A stretch of 59,549 nucleotides of DNA, the filler included, from Circinaria calcarea (taxonomy: Eukaryota), in the NCBI GenBank assembly GCA_051942165.1. It is 4 parts of 4 records of this genome, joined end to end, with 100 filler letters (N's around TTAATTAATTAA, not from the genome) between each part and the next. Parts side by side here need not be neighbours in the genome. Positions count along the whole stretch, not along the records: positions 1 to 14,843 come from JAVECS010000404.1; positions 14,944 to 29,783 come from JAVECS010000405.1; 2 more parts are not named here. One strand, 5' to 3'. Below, in pieces: positions 11,166 to 23,265 of this stretch. The notes beneath the pieces were generated by a model that saw nothing but the letters and a program-made list of their open reading frames with translations, did no database searches and was not told the origin of the DNA. Both the position numbers and the translations under genes were made by a program. Position 1 is the first letter of the stretch; each line of letters opens with the position of its first letter.

Positions 11166-11852
11166 TGCTGTGGTTTTTTTTCTTTCCCTACCATGTATGT
11201 AGCCTTAGCTGTTTAAATACGGGCCAAGCCGAAAAGGCAGAAAAAAGCAGTTGAAAATATTTTCCGACCGCGCACATTTTCTACTTTTCGCCCCATACCC
11301 GATATTTTCTTGGTAGCTTTAATGCTTGCGGTGATGGCAAATATCTGATTAGAAGATTTATAATTCCACGCAAGCCTGTCTGGTTGCTCAAACGGTATGG
11401 CCAGTTCGATGAGTGGATTGCATTGTCGATCACGTAGCCAATGCCCTTCCACCCACTTTTGAGTTGTAGCGATATGGTTTGATTATGCCTCCGGCCACGG
11501 TAGTGTCCTCAATACCGGCATGTTGTTCGTCGGATTGGTTCCCGGTCCGGCTAATTCACCCCACCACAGTCTGCTGCCAGACAAGCATCCCTGCCGGTTG
11601 GCCTCGCTTGTTATTTCTTGGCACCGCCGCCTTTAACAACGTATTTCTGGCCTTGTGCTGTTTACCCCCGCATTCAGACTTGTCAAATCCTTGCGACTGA
11701 TAAACCAGCGGCAGATTTCGACAGGGTCCAGCACAGCCACTCCTACGTCATAGGATGTCTACCAGGATGAAATCAATTTGTTATTACCCCAGCAGTAATG
11801 GAATCCTTTTCTTCAACTATTGCCCCAATTTGCTGTCGATCGAGAATTCTAT

Positions 11853-13262
11853 CATGTCCGCCAGGATAGTCACGCTGGAAGACAGGGTACAAAGCCTTGA
11901 AGCTTGGAGGTTGCAACACTCGGCGTGGCATTACAATGTGATTACCCGTGATCCCTTACGTCTGTTGATTATGTGCCGAAACCCTCGTGTCGAAGATGAG
12001 CTCCTGTCCTTGACCCCCAAGCCACCTGGAACAGTTTCGAAAGAAATTCAAACCTTGTTCCAGCGCCACAGGAGGGCCGTCAACCGCGGAGTCCACGAGT
12101 GGACCTTGGCAGGCCTGTTGGCTGTACTGGAGTTTCAGCATGACAGCCTTATCCGACCCTGGATCCGCGCGTCTAATCCTGGCATTGTTACCGTGTCCCA
12201 CCAGGAAGTCGTCAAGTTGCTGCTGAATGTTGACTGGGATGTGGCCCACCAGATTCTGGGTTCGTATGCACGAAACAGCCGCGACTAATACATTCGGGTT
12301 AACAGTTATTTATAGGCGCCGGAGACATCGCTCTTGAAACCGTCGAAGCTATCGAAGCCAGATTTAACCTCGTCTTGTCATGGGAACTCGACCCATCCCT
12401 TTTCCATCAACCTTTAAACATAATTTCGACAGACTTTCTACACTCTGGCGATGACGATGCATACCTATTCATCCCATCGGATACCTCAAGTTCGGATTCG
12501 CTGGAGGATGTATTTGCAAAATTCATACAACAGCAACTGCACGTTCTGCGCCAGCTGCGGGAACACGTGACAACACGCACCGACGACGAGATTTTAGCTT
12601 GTCGTCTTTGTTTAGCTAGGGGCTCGCAGTACATGCAAGGCCTACTCCACCGGTTTGCAAATCATCACAAGCAGCCGCTCAAGCCAGTGTTCTCAAAGCA
12701 CAGGCAACCCCCTACCACAGCCAGTGGTTCTTCGGCGGTAAGTTCGGGCTTTCAGGCTGGGCAAAATGGCCCAATACATAAATCAGGCCATCACCGACCT
12801 AAAGCATGGAACCAAAACCGGAATCAAAAGAGTCAACGACGTCGTCTTTCTTCTTTGTGTCCTATTCCCCGCCACAATGATTCCAATCACTCACCGCGCC
12901 TCAATCTACACGCTTTGAGCGTGTTAGGACCCACGTCTCCAGTCCACGGGATAAACTTGGCGCACTCACAATACCCTGGCGTACCCGTGCGTGGATCAGG
13001 GCAGCTTAAAGCGCAACGGTATTATGGACCTTTGTTTAACCTAAGTCCGATAGGACAACCCAGTGACAACCTCTGTAGCGTTACCCGAGGTTTTTTGTCC
13101 CGATGCTGGGCGGTTGGTGATCCCGTTAAATTACATCAGTATGGAGTCAGATACTCCGGGATACCTCAATCTCATCCTTTGGGGCTGGTACGGTGCCATG
13201 GGATCCAGCAGAGTTCGTCATCTCTGTCTCGACTGTGGCGCATGCTGGCCAAGATTCTCTAA
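11853..13262 (+). CDS. Hypothetical protein, at least 2 exons; 3' structure uncertain
   Basis: ORFs 11755..12288 and 12375..13262 join in frame via intron 12260-12315 (GTTCGT...TTAAC...TAG), giving HQILGAGDIALETVEAIEARF; no recognisable domain. Confidence 0.5.
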
Positions 13263-13699
13263 GTTGAGTTCCACGGCCGATAGAAGCAAGTCATGCTCCA
13301 AAATCCGAAGGCGGCTGGGTGGTTGGATGGAGGATCAAAGTGGTGTACGGGTTGGTAATTGTTAAACTACACCCCCGATTGTGCCTTGTAACGAATTGTC
13401 CCAAGAAAGACCTCTCCTTTAGCCAACCCATATTATTTGTTCCCCTTTGTCAGCTGATCCAGTGCTCTTACAGCACACCGAACTTCCGAGGTTTTCAGTT
13501 TATGCTCTGCGTGTAGTAATTTTAGATATTTGGGTATTCCGTCGCTTTCTATCACCCTATACCATATTATTTACATATACAACGGAAGAAAAAGTATCTC
13601 TAGCTTTTCATCATCCACTTTCGTAGTGTCCCAAGCCAAAGATAGGGGTGCGCCCCCTTTTTTGCCTGACCATTCACTAGATCTGCCAACCCACACAAA

Positions 13700-14720
13700 A
13701 AAAGACATTCGAATAAAATACCAGCAACCAAGCCACCTTAGAACTTGACGAAGTCATTAATTAGTTAATTCAACAAGAGCTTCGCTCCGCCGTGATTAAT
13801 ACCAAGAATCCGGTGAAAGGAATGAAGATGAATAACAAGAAGCCTTATACGGGAGGTTCGAAATCAGATAAGAAAAAAGAGAAAGGAGAAATAAGAAGCG
13901 ATGACTGCTATATATATAGCTACGTTAATTATCAACAACTTACTTGCTGGTTTACACACCCTGAGCTGGACACAGAAGAATAGAAGAAAAAGAATAAGGA
14001 AAGATTAAGAAATTAAAGAAGCATCCGAAGAATTCGAAGGCGAATGCTGCAAGGAATGATAAGGAGAGCAAGGATAAAAAGAAGAATCATTTTATATTCG
14101 TGCGAGCCGGATCAGCAAAGCTGGTAAATATCAAAGATCCAGATCGATACTTTAATTCAGCAGCTTCGGCGCACATGACGCACGATCTTATTATCTTCGC
14201 CACACCATTCATCTAAAGTAATAAGGATATCTATCTCGTAAATGGCTCTAAAATCAGAGCTTCTGGCTTCAAAACCACCACATTACACGTCCAAATCGAC
14301 GACGTCGATCAGAAGATCGATATTAAGGATATTTATTATTACCCTAAACTCGAAAGCAACCTGTTATCACTTGGAAGCTTCGAAGTAAAAGGGTATAGCT
14401 TTCTTGGAAAGAATGGATAATTACGTGTATTAGATGACTGCGAGGTTGCATTAAAAAGTGCACAATCAGGCAATCTCTACTATATGACGTTGAGAAAAGC
14501 ACACGCCACACGACATATAGTTAAAGAAATCCTAAATTATATCAGCTTCAAGACGGCTATCAAGCCGGATTTAAAGCTATGGCACCGTCGATTGAGTTAT
14601 TTGAATGCAGCTGATATACGGAAGCTAGCTGCAATGGCTACAGGTATTGATATCAAGGCTCTAGGGGGTAACCACCTATTCTGCGACCCATATATACTAG
14701 GCAAGTCACATCGACAGCCC
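13700..14720 (+). mobile_element. RIP-decayed Ty1/copia retrotransposon fragment (gag knuckle, protease, GAG-pre-integrase)
   Basis: Degenerate knuckle DDCYIYSYVNYQQLTCW; protease-like YFNSAASAHMTHD; KLESNLLSLGSFEVKGY; GNLYY; LKLWHRRLSYLN...FCDPYILGKSHRQP. Many TAA stops, AT-rich. Confidence 0.85.
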
Positions 14721-14843
14721 AGTACTTCCACCATACCAGATACCAAATCCCAATCCCAAATACCAGCACCAATAACCAAGGCGTACGGTAATATTCACAC
14801 CTATTGCCTAATGCCTAATGCCTGATGTAATAGGGTACTGTAG

Positions 14844-14943
14844 NNNNNNNNNNNNNNNNNNNNNNNNNNNNNNNNNNNNNNNNNNNNTTAATTAATTAAN
14901 NNNNNNNNNNNNNNNNNNNNNNNNNNNNNNNNNNNNNNNNNNN
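14844..14943. other. Artificial contig linker (44 N + TTAATTAATTAA + 44 N)
   Basis: Six-frame stop spacer, identical to those at 29784 and 44696. Confidence 0.97.
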
Positions 14944-15084
14944 ATAGAACCATAACGAGTTCAATATACTCCTTTTATATTGAGCCTAGGGCAACAGTTC
15001 AACTACACCCTATGTAACCGTGCTATCACCAATCGGGACTTATCATATTCCTCAATAGGCCCCAAGGATTGCAGCGCCCTTACA
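14944..15084 (+). mobile_element. 3' part of an LTR, truncated by the contig start
   Basis: Direct repeat of 17306-17438 with about a dozen differences over ~130 nt, nearly all transitions; ends ...GCGCCCTTACA. Confidence 0.8.
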
Positions 15085-15232
15085 AGACTCTGGTAGAATT
15101 TTGCTCGGATCGGACCGGATCGTGCCCAGATTTAAACCCTTCAACGTCGTTCCTTTGGTTTTAGAGTATTATTAATATCGTCGTTTCTACGTTTTTTTTA
15201 AAACTTTCTTTCTATTTAGAATATATTTAAAT

Positions 15233-16370
15233 ATGGTATCGGTGATATTGAAAGACGGCGCAGATGCCTCCCAAACCATAAAGTTTTCACCCCGCCGAAT
15301 CGATATACACCACCACTTTATCCCACCCAGCTATGCCGAAGGTAAGCAAGCAATCGACGTGCAGCCTCTTCTACGTCTACCTTTCTTCCTTTCTCCCTCA
15401 ACCATCCCCCACCGCCAACGCCCGCTAACATTCTAGCCCACCCCCAGCGTTCCGCCAATCGACCGGTGATCCCTCAGGCTGGGGCCTCCCCTCTTGGTCC
15501 GTCGAAAGCAGCAAAAGCCTCATGTGCGAACACTCTATCGCCACCACCATCTTCTCACTCACCGCCCCCGGCTGCACCATCCTGCAAGGCGAAGCGGCCT
15601 CGCAACTAGCCCGCTCCGTCAACGAGCACGCCGCCTCGATCCGCGACTCGGACGCTTCTTCCTTCGGATTCTTCGCCGCCTTACCTCCTTTGATCAACAA
15701 GGAAGATAATAGCCCCAACACAGCTACCGTACTAGCAGAGATCGCCTACGCGCTTGATGTCTTGCGCGCGGACGGGGTAACACTCTACACGCGGTACGGG
15801 CCCGGCAACACCTACCTCGGCCACGAGGCTCTCCGGCCCATATGGGCGGAGCTCTCGGCGCGAAAATCCGTCGTGTTCATCCACCCGACCCATACCGTCG
15901 ACACGAACCTCGTCAACGCGAAGCTCGCTCAGCCCGTCATCGATTACCCGCACGAGACGGCGCGCACGGCCGTCGACCTCATCATGAGCGATCGCCTGCG
16001 GCAGTACCCGGATTGCAAGATCATCCTCAGCCACGCCGGAGGCACGTTGCCGTATCTCGCGTCCCGGGCGGCCCATTTGCTTCAGGACTACCGCCTCAGC
16101 GCGAAATCGGCCGAGGAATTCTTGGACGACGCCCGCACGTTTTACTTCGACTTAGCGTTGTCGGCGAATGAGTATACGCTGGGACTGCTGCGGAGTTTTG
16201 CCAAGGAGGACAGGGTGCTCTTCGGGACGGATTTCCCGTATGCGCCGAACAAAACCATCGCGGCGAATGTGGGCTGGCTGGATGAGGCGGAACAGGGGCC
16301 GGATGGAGCGGAGAGACGGAGGGCGCTGAGGGGGAATGCAGAGGCGCTGTTCCCGCGCCTCGCCGAGTGA
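15233..16370 (+). CDS. Amidohydrolase-2 family metal-dependent decarboxylase (6-methylsalicylate/orsellinate decarboxylase-like), 343 aa; 2 exons (15233-15341, 15448-16370)
   Basis: IDIHHHFIP (HxH), FGFFAALP, ADGVTLYTRY, VVFIHP, IILSHAGGTLPY, LFGTDFPY; intron 15342-15447 (GTAAGC...GCTAAC...CAG) restores the frame. Confidence 0.92.
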
Positions 16371-16990
16371 GAATGGATGCCGGGATGGGGAGGGGGGATC
16401 CACGCGGCAAATAGACGTTGCTAGCATATTATACTTGGCGATTGATTGGATTCAAATCTCATCCAGTTAAGATACATAACGCACAATCGATCGCGTACCT
16501 GCTTTGAAGCTTCGGGGGTTTATAATATGAAGCTGGCATAAACCACCACATTCCATCTCGAACCTGCTTGCTTGGGCATTGACGAGCCGCTACCATTGGG
16601 GTTACGGACGCACATGCCGAGAGCTCACAATGTTTTTTAAAAGAACCGTGATGACGGTAGGATTTACCAATCCATGCAAACCAGTCCATCCAACATTAAG
16701 CTCGCCTGCAAGGGAGCTGTTTACTCCCTTTAGGTTTCTCCATTTCAACCGATACCCCGAACTCGGTGTTGCCGGCAGCGCGACCCATGAAGCTCCAGCG
16801 CACCATGGAAGTGTCCAACCAAGTACACCGCCAAATAAGGCTTAGAAGGGCGCAGGACGTTAGGAGATACGCATCTTAAACTTATACCAACCGAAGTTCC
16901 TACGGTGATCGGAGGAGTAATAATCGCGATTTGTGGCGCGGTCCAGAGCGACTAGGGAGAAGGAGCGAGGGAGCAAGAACGCTTAGCATG

Positions 16991-16994
<4 letters not shown>

Positions 16995-17028
<34 letters not shown>
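16995..17028. repeat. (GA)n microsatellite within the LTR
   Basis: Uninterrupted AG run. Confidence 0.95.
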
Positions 17029-17032
<4 letters not shown>

Positions 17033-17168
17033 AGGCCCGGGGTAGGTCGTAATAGAGACCGTAAACCACCCCGGGAGATTATAATGCGGCGCCCTGTTAT
17101 GGCGCCAGCACCATGACATGTACCAGACCAGATAAGGACTAACCCCGGAACGGAGGAGCCAAACAACC

Positions 17169-17250
17169 GGTTGCTCAGTATGGTCATGGAGGTGAGCAAG
17201 GTGAGCACGAGGGTTGCTCAGTATGGTCATGAGGGTGAGCGGGATGAGCA
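17169..17250. repeat. ~43-nt tandem duplication within the LTR
   Basis: GGTTGCTCAGTATGGTCATG(GA/AG)GGTGAGC occurs twice in tandem. Confidence 0.85.
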
Positions 17251-17878
17251 ACGGCATATATAAGCGGACTATTCCCACTCTTTAGAATAATATGCTTATA
17301 GATTTATAACGAGTTCAATATACTTCTTTTATATTGAGCCTAGGGCAACAGTTTAACTACGCCCTCTATAACCGTGTTATTATTAATCGGGACTTATCAT
17401 ATTCCTCAATAAGCCCCAGGGATTGCAGCGCCCTTACACCCTCCTTCCCGGACCGCACTTTTTGGTGCTTTTTAACTGTACTTCTATTTAATTAACCTTT
17501 CGACTTTTTGGGACTTTTTGGGGCTTTTGGTAGGGAAAAAATGTGCATGCAGGACCTTTTTTTTTTAAAAAAAAAATCCACGGTATTCCAAAGTCAAAAC
17601 CTCCACACCGAAAAGGGATTTTCTTTGGAAACAAAAGTTAATTGGAAAAACACGCAACCCCGCATCTAGCAACCTCTGTAAAATAGGAGAGGGGACAAAA
17701 TTCCCTTCACTCATCTAGGCACCTTCGCTTTCGAAAAACAATTTCCGTGGGCATTTCATCAAACATCAGTAGCTGAGAATAGCACAGCACAGCATAGCAT
17801 AGCACCGACATATCAATCGTTTTTGCATCTCCAGTCTCCAATTTCCTCCACCACCCTTCACCCTCCCCTGTTTCCTTT

Positions 17879-20800
17879 TCACGTGGTCTTCCAAATCTTC
17901 ACCACCCCATCCACCCCCCTCCGACAGACCGGGCAGTCCTTGACCTGCCGGGCACACTCCTCGCACGCTACGACATGCCCACACCGATAAAACAGGGCGT
18001 CCATCTCCTGCTCGAAGCAAATCTTGCACAGCTGCAGCTCCTCGTCCGCCACCTCAAAGTGCATCGTTCCTTTGCCATGCCGTCTTCCCTTCCTCCACCC
18101 GCCCTCGTACCGGTTCCCCGTCGTGCCGTACACCATTGTGCCCTGGCCTTCGGGAAGTTCGGCTTCCCAGTTACCCGAGTAGGTGTCGCCGTTGGCGTAC
18201 TTCATCGTGCCGTGGCCGGATTTCTCGCCGGCGGTGAAGTTGCCCGAGTACGCATTGCCGTACATGTCGATGTTGACGCAGTGGCCGTGCGGGTGGCCTC
18301 GCGACAGGGTCATGTCAAAGTAACTGGAACCGAAGTAGAATTTGAGGTAGCGATCTTGGCGCCAGACGGGGTGGAGGGTGGAGGTTAGATAAGCATAGTA
18401 CTCGACGATATCAGCGCAATCCCCACGAGCTTCGATGGCTTTGGTTCTTGAAGCGCAGGATGTCAGCAAGTCACGTTGATACGTGAGAGCAGAGATGTAC
18501 TCACTCGCCAGGCGGAAGTCGCTCAGTAATCACAATCACGGCACCGGAAGATAGGTTTTCAGCATCGAATGTGTGGCGGGGTTTTAGATTAGGTTGCATA
18601 ATGTCTCCCGCTTCTTCTGAAAAGAGGTAGTAGCTTTTTTCTGGGCTCGTAAATTGAAGTCGCTCGAGCACGTCCCCGACCTTGTCCTGCCTCGAGGTGA
18701 GATGACCGCCTAACCTAGTGAGCTTCTGAGCTTGAGCATCGAAGACCTTTACGAAAAAGAATATGTCATTGGGCTTGGGCTGAGCGACTACAATGGGTGA
18801 AGCCGCTGGTTGAGATACATCCGGTGGAGGAATATAAATCGTAGAATCCTGCGGAGTACCTCCCACATCAACCAGTACAAGTACATCTGGGGGAGTCTGC
18901 AAGGATTGCGTAGCATCCTCTTGCATTCTTCCCATATCTACCGGCGGAGGTACATCAGGGGTGTGTGGTAAGGGTTCAGTTAGACGTTCTTGGGTTCCTC
19001 CCATGATAACGTCTTCTTCGACCGCAGCGGGAGGTACAATGGTAGGGTTAAGCTCAGCCATGTTCGCGTCCATAGTGGCCAGCAGTGCTGCTGCTTCAGA
19101 ATCTGGTGGCGAGATATTTTCATCAGGAAGTCCCATTGCTGGTGGAGACAGTACTGTAACATGCTGCTCGGGGGGAGGCGGTGCATTAGTTTCGTCTGGC
19201 GAAGCTGTTGGAACTAAGTCTATGATAGCTGTAAGTAGGACTTATCACAAGACCGGAAATTCTGCTTACCTATAGAAACTACATGTAGCCATAAGTGACA
19301 CCCTCCAGCGCGTTTGACTAAGTCTTGCAACTTCAAGTCGTAAGGAACGTCTTCAAAGCGCGGCGACCACCGAGAGGCGCTCAGATTTGAATTCATTGGC
19401 CACAGCCGGCATTGCTCAGGCATTCCTGCAATATTGAACTGCGTGACCAGCAGCCTCTGAACGTCCTTAAGGTTCGACGATGGTGCCAGGTGAAGATGGA
19501 AGATATTTTCATCACCCAGATCCGTAGACCAAACATCAAAGATGCCCTGTCCCGAGCAACGATCATAAACACTAGAATCATATACTTTCACATGCAAGGT
19601 TTCTTGATTCTCTATCTCGTCCAAGGTAGCCTTTGTGGGTAGGCTTAATGGCTCTCGTATACTGCTCGACGGTTTCCATGGTTCCACGGATGCCGGAAGA
19701 ACAGTAGAGAGACAGTCGGATCTTACATACATTACGATGTAAGCCACGGGATCAGTGCCTTCCGTCGACTGTCCTGTACCCTGATGCGCATCAATTGCTT
19801 GCTTTCGAGTGAGATAGGTTACATCGCTTTGTCTTGTATCGCTGTATTTCACCCATTTTGAATTGGGGCCACCTGGTCGAATGACAGAGAAGTAATCCCC
19901 TGATTCCAAGTCGCCTGAATGAACAATCATGCCGTATAGTGTATACTCGGACTGTCTACTCTGCTCATCGGATTTAGAGTTAAAGATCACCGTTTCATCA
20001 ATGTCGATTCGGTGTGTCAGTTTTTTCCACTTTCTGGCATCCATGTCATAGGCCTGCCGGTACAATTCCAACTGCAGAATGGGCGGAGGACAAGACATTG
20101 ATTGTGATTCACCATAGAATCCTTCCCACTCTCGGAAGGTAGAAGAACCAGCTCCTTGGGCAAAGTCGAGTACTTCCTGTGAGCTATGTAGCTCAGGTTG
20201 AGAGGTTCTTGAACCTTGATTAAACGCGTTCGGCGGCTGTTGTTGTCTCAGTGTTAGAATATCTCGGAAGGCGTCTTTGTGGTCGAGCTCGATATGAGAG
20301 CTCTCTTGATTAAGAAGAAACCGAAGGGCTTCCCATATTGCGATAACATCGGGCGGCACAGTGTCTTCCCAGGAGTGCCATCTCATAGCTTTGGTGATAC
20401 CCTCCGTTGAGATCGCGGACCGAGATTTCGTCTCCGGGGATTGCTTGGCGTATAGCAGTACCTTCAATTGACTGAAAAGGGGTAAAGTTTTAGTGAGAGA
20501 TGACTTTACAGAATCTGGAACGCGAGTATCTAAGATTAAATTTGTGAAGGGAGCCAAATGCAGCCAAGATGACAAGGCCGCAATAAGAGCACTGCCGCCA
20601 CTATGCTCTGCCGTTAAGCCACGATGTCCTGTCTTTGCCACGCTGTCCCACAAGACTTCATCAGCGGACGGATGCCACCATAGAGCCCCAGTGTAATCTT
20701 CCACGGTGCGGATGTATGCAGTGAAAGCCAGGGTATCATCGCGAAGAAGGGCTTGACGTTGCAAGGGCCGACGTTTTTGGATCGAATCCCAGGGTCCATG

Positions 20801-22297
20801 AAATCGTACCCAGCCCCAATCCGGATTTCCATTATAGAAGTGATGCGCAGACTTCGCATTGACTTGTACCCGTGGCTCATTAGGATTGTACATTACACAA
20901 CCTATTTGCGCAGCAATACCCCAGGGAGTCTCCTCTTCAGCTTTCTCTGCTGAAGGGCTTCGAGATGCTTCAGTTTCGGGGCTATCCACTCCACCATTGC
21001 TTTGGTGTTTTCGACACTCAATGTATACGCTGACATGATCGGTTCCTTCATTACCTCGCGGAAATAATTTGATGTTCCAGTCATAGTCACCAATCCTGAC
21101 GGACGGAGATCTCAAGATTTTTTCCTTATTTGGCTCTGCTTGTGTGCCATGGAATTTTTTCATAGTCCAGCTAATGCGACCTTTCTCACCAACAATGTAT
21201 TCAGGATCATCAAGCCGTTCAAAAAAGATGTGTTCCCAATGGTCATCTGTCACCATATCAGCTGATACTATAGGGCATCAATGCCAAGCGTCACTCACGG
21301 TCTAAGGCAGATGTCTCCAGATGTGCAGATTCAATCTCCCTGAGCTCTTGCTCGCTAGGGCTTGAGAGGTCCTCTTGAAGTTTAGCCCATATATCATGCT
21401 CGTCATCCACAGATGACCCGTCGTCACTATCATCATCGTTTTCTTCTACTGGATCTCCTGACGGCAATTCAACTCCCGGCATCTCTGAACCAGGGTCAGT
21501 AGGTTGACCTTGCTCACTGGCAGCTGTTGCCTCTGCAATTATAGTATCCGAAGCCGTAGTCGGTACTTCTGCAACCATGGGAGTTCCTTCTTGGCTACCT
21601 GCAGCTATCCCTTGTAGTCCAGGAGCAAGGTCTAGCGTTGAAACCATTGCTACTGGCTCTCCCCGAATATTACTATCGCTTTGCGATCCGTTCAAGTGTG
21701 TTTGATGCCTATCATGATCGGAAGTGGGAGTTTGTGTGCTATCTTATGGATCAGAAAATCAGCATTGTACGCTCCGTGTACAAATAGGCAAGCTTGGATT
21801 TAGGTACCTTGTACAATATCATTTTGGGACTCATCCATCGTTTGTGGATCGGGAGCAGTATCCATCAGATCCCCCATGCCCACCCCATTAGGTATGCCAG
21901 GCTGTAGATGTTCAAGCGCAACTTCCCCGATAGACTGTTCACCATCCCCCATGTCTACGTCTATCCGATCGTGATTCTGTCCACCACTTTCCTGCGATAA
22001 TGCCATTGTGTCGCCTAGGTGCCCAACTATAGGATGTTGGCGGTGGATTGATTCTGAGATGGAGGATGTCCGATGTGCAGTTCTATCATGGCTCTCGGTT
22101 AGAGGCGATGTGAGCGGAGACACACGGTCACCATTAGCAGTCGAAGTGTGGTGAGGTGATATACGCTCCGAAGAGTCTCTTGCAGGATGTTGTAATGATG
22201 CTTGAATGAAGGGGGGTCGTGACGAGGAATTAGAGTTGGTGTATGAGAGATAGGAACTCTCAATACCAGGAGATGTAGAACCCAGTGCAACACTCAT
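17879..22297 (-). CDS. MATH + USP-like (apparently catalytically dead) + MORN repeats + C-terminal C3HC4 RING protein; ~5 exons
   Basis: Co-oriented ORFs separated by GT-AG introns. MATH: WNIKLFPRGN..HVSVY, DWGWVRF. USP-like: LQLELYR, YTLYGMIVHSG. MORN: Y.G.W....HG.GTM.Y. RING: CKICFEQEMDALFYRCGHVVACEECARQVKDCPVCR. Start taken at ATG 22297. Confidence 0.85.
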
Positions 22298-23265
22298 TGC
22301 GAGGTAAGTATCTAGGTATACTTTGTGAAATCGACACAAGATGACTCATGCAGTTGATTCATACCCAGTGAATGGTACAACGAGAGGAGCAGGAGGAGCT
22401 ATGGGAAACACAAAGGTGCGGTGTAATAGGTACTGATCACAGTCGTAGAAGGCCGCCAGCAAGATCTTTCTTCTTTTGACTGCTGAAAAGGAATATTAGG
22501 CTCTCATCCATGAACAAGCAGATCAGGATTGCGGATCATGACAAGAAGTCAAGCAGTCTTTGTCGGGCAAAATCTGGCAGCTCCCCCAAGAAAGTTACTG
22601 ACTGTATCAGCCTTGGGCCTTGGGGGATCTAGGCTACACCGTTTCGTTATCGGCGCTTGGACCACGGTACCGTAGAAACACGCAGGAGGCTCTGCAAGTA
22701 CCAAGTACCCTACCCGCTAGCGCCCGTTTGGTAAACCATATCCTCCAGGTACGGTACGAGCACTTTCCAAAGGTCATTCTTGTGTCTATAGATGTACGAT
22801 TTCCCTATACACAGGCAAGTCTTGACCGATTCAAAAGTGGTCTACTCAAATGTGGCCGAAACTCCCTGATACAGGGTGAATCTCAGGTGCAAGGTCTCGG
22901 TAATCTTGGGCAATTCGGATACGAACTTATTACAGAATTACACCAAGGTAGGTATCCAACGGAGATCACTGAACCAAGAAGAGCTATTCACCATGAGCTG
23001 AGTCGGCTTGGGACTGAAGACGATACCATTCTGATGATACAAATTGCCAAACCCTACACGCTTCGTTCAGTCATTCATCCGCCTTCCTCGCACGTCTGCA
23101 CGCGAGAAAGGGTCCTGGAATCGCTGAAGCAAGCCTGTACAAGCAATTTCGCCTTTGGAACACACAAGTGACAATCTGATCTAATCCCTCCCCGCTTTGT
23201 TGCTCCATGTGAACTAAGGGATCTACGTGCAAGCAGAGAAGCCAGCGTACGCGATGTAGACAAGC

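Larger units (their letters stand above)
16843..17438 (+). mobile_element. Solo-LTR-like sequence (~596 nt)
   Basis: Imperfect inverted termini TAGAAGGGCGC...GCGCCCTTACA (degenerate TG...CA); internal TATATAA; 3' end repeated at 14944-15084; no clean target-site duplication. Confidence 0.7.

Noticed and set aside
14888..14899. Palindromic TTAATTAATTAA inside the N runs (also in the other two gaps)
   Set aside because: Synthetic six-frame stop spacer, not biological.
13700..15084. Copia internal fragment apparently followed by its own LTR
   Set aside because: They are separated by an artificial linker between size-sorted contigs, so linkage is unsupported.
22620..23171. 183-aa ORF between the MATH/USP gene and tubulin
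   Set aside because: Non-ATG start, no motif; lies in tubulin 3' / neighbouring promoter DNA.
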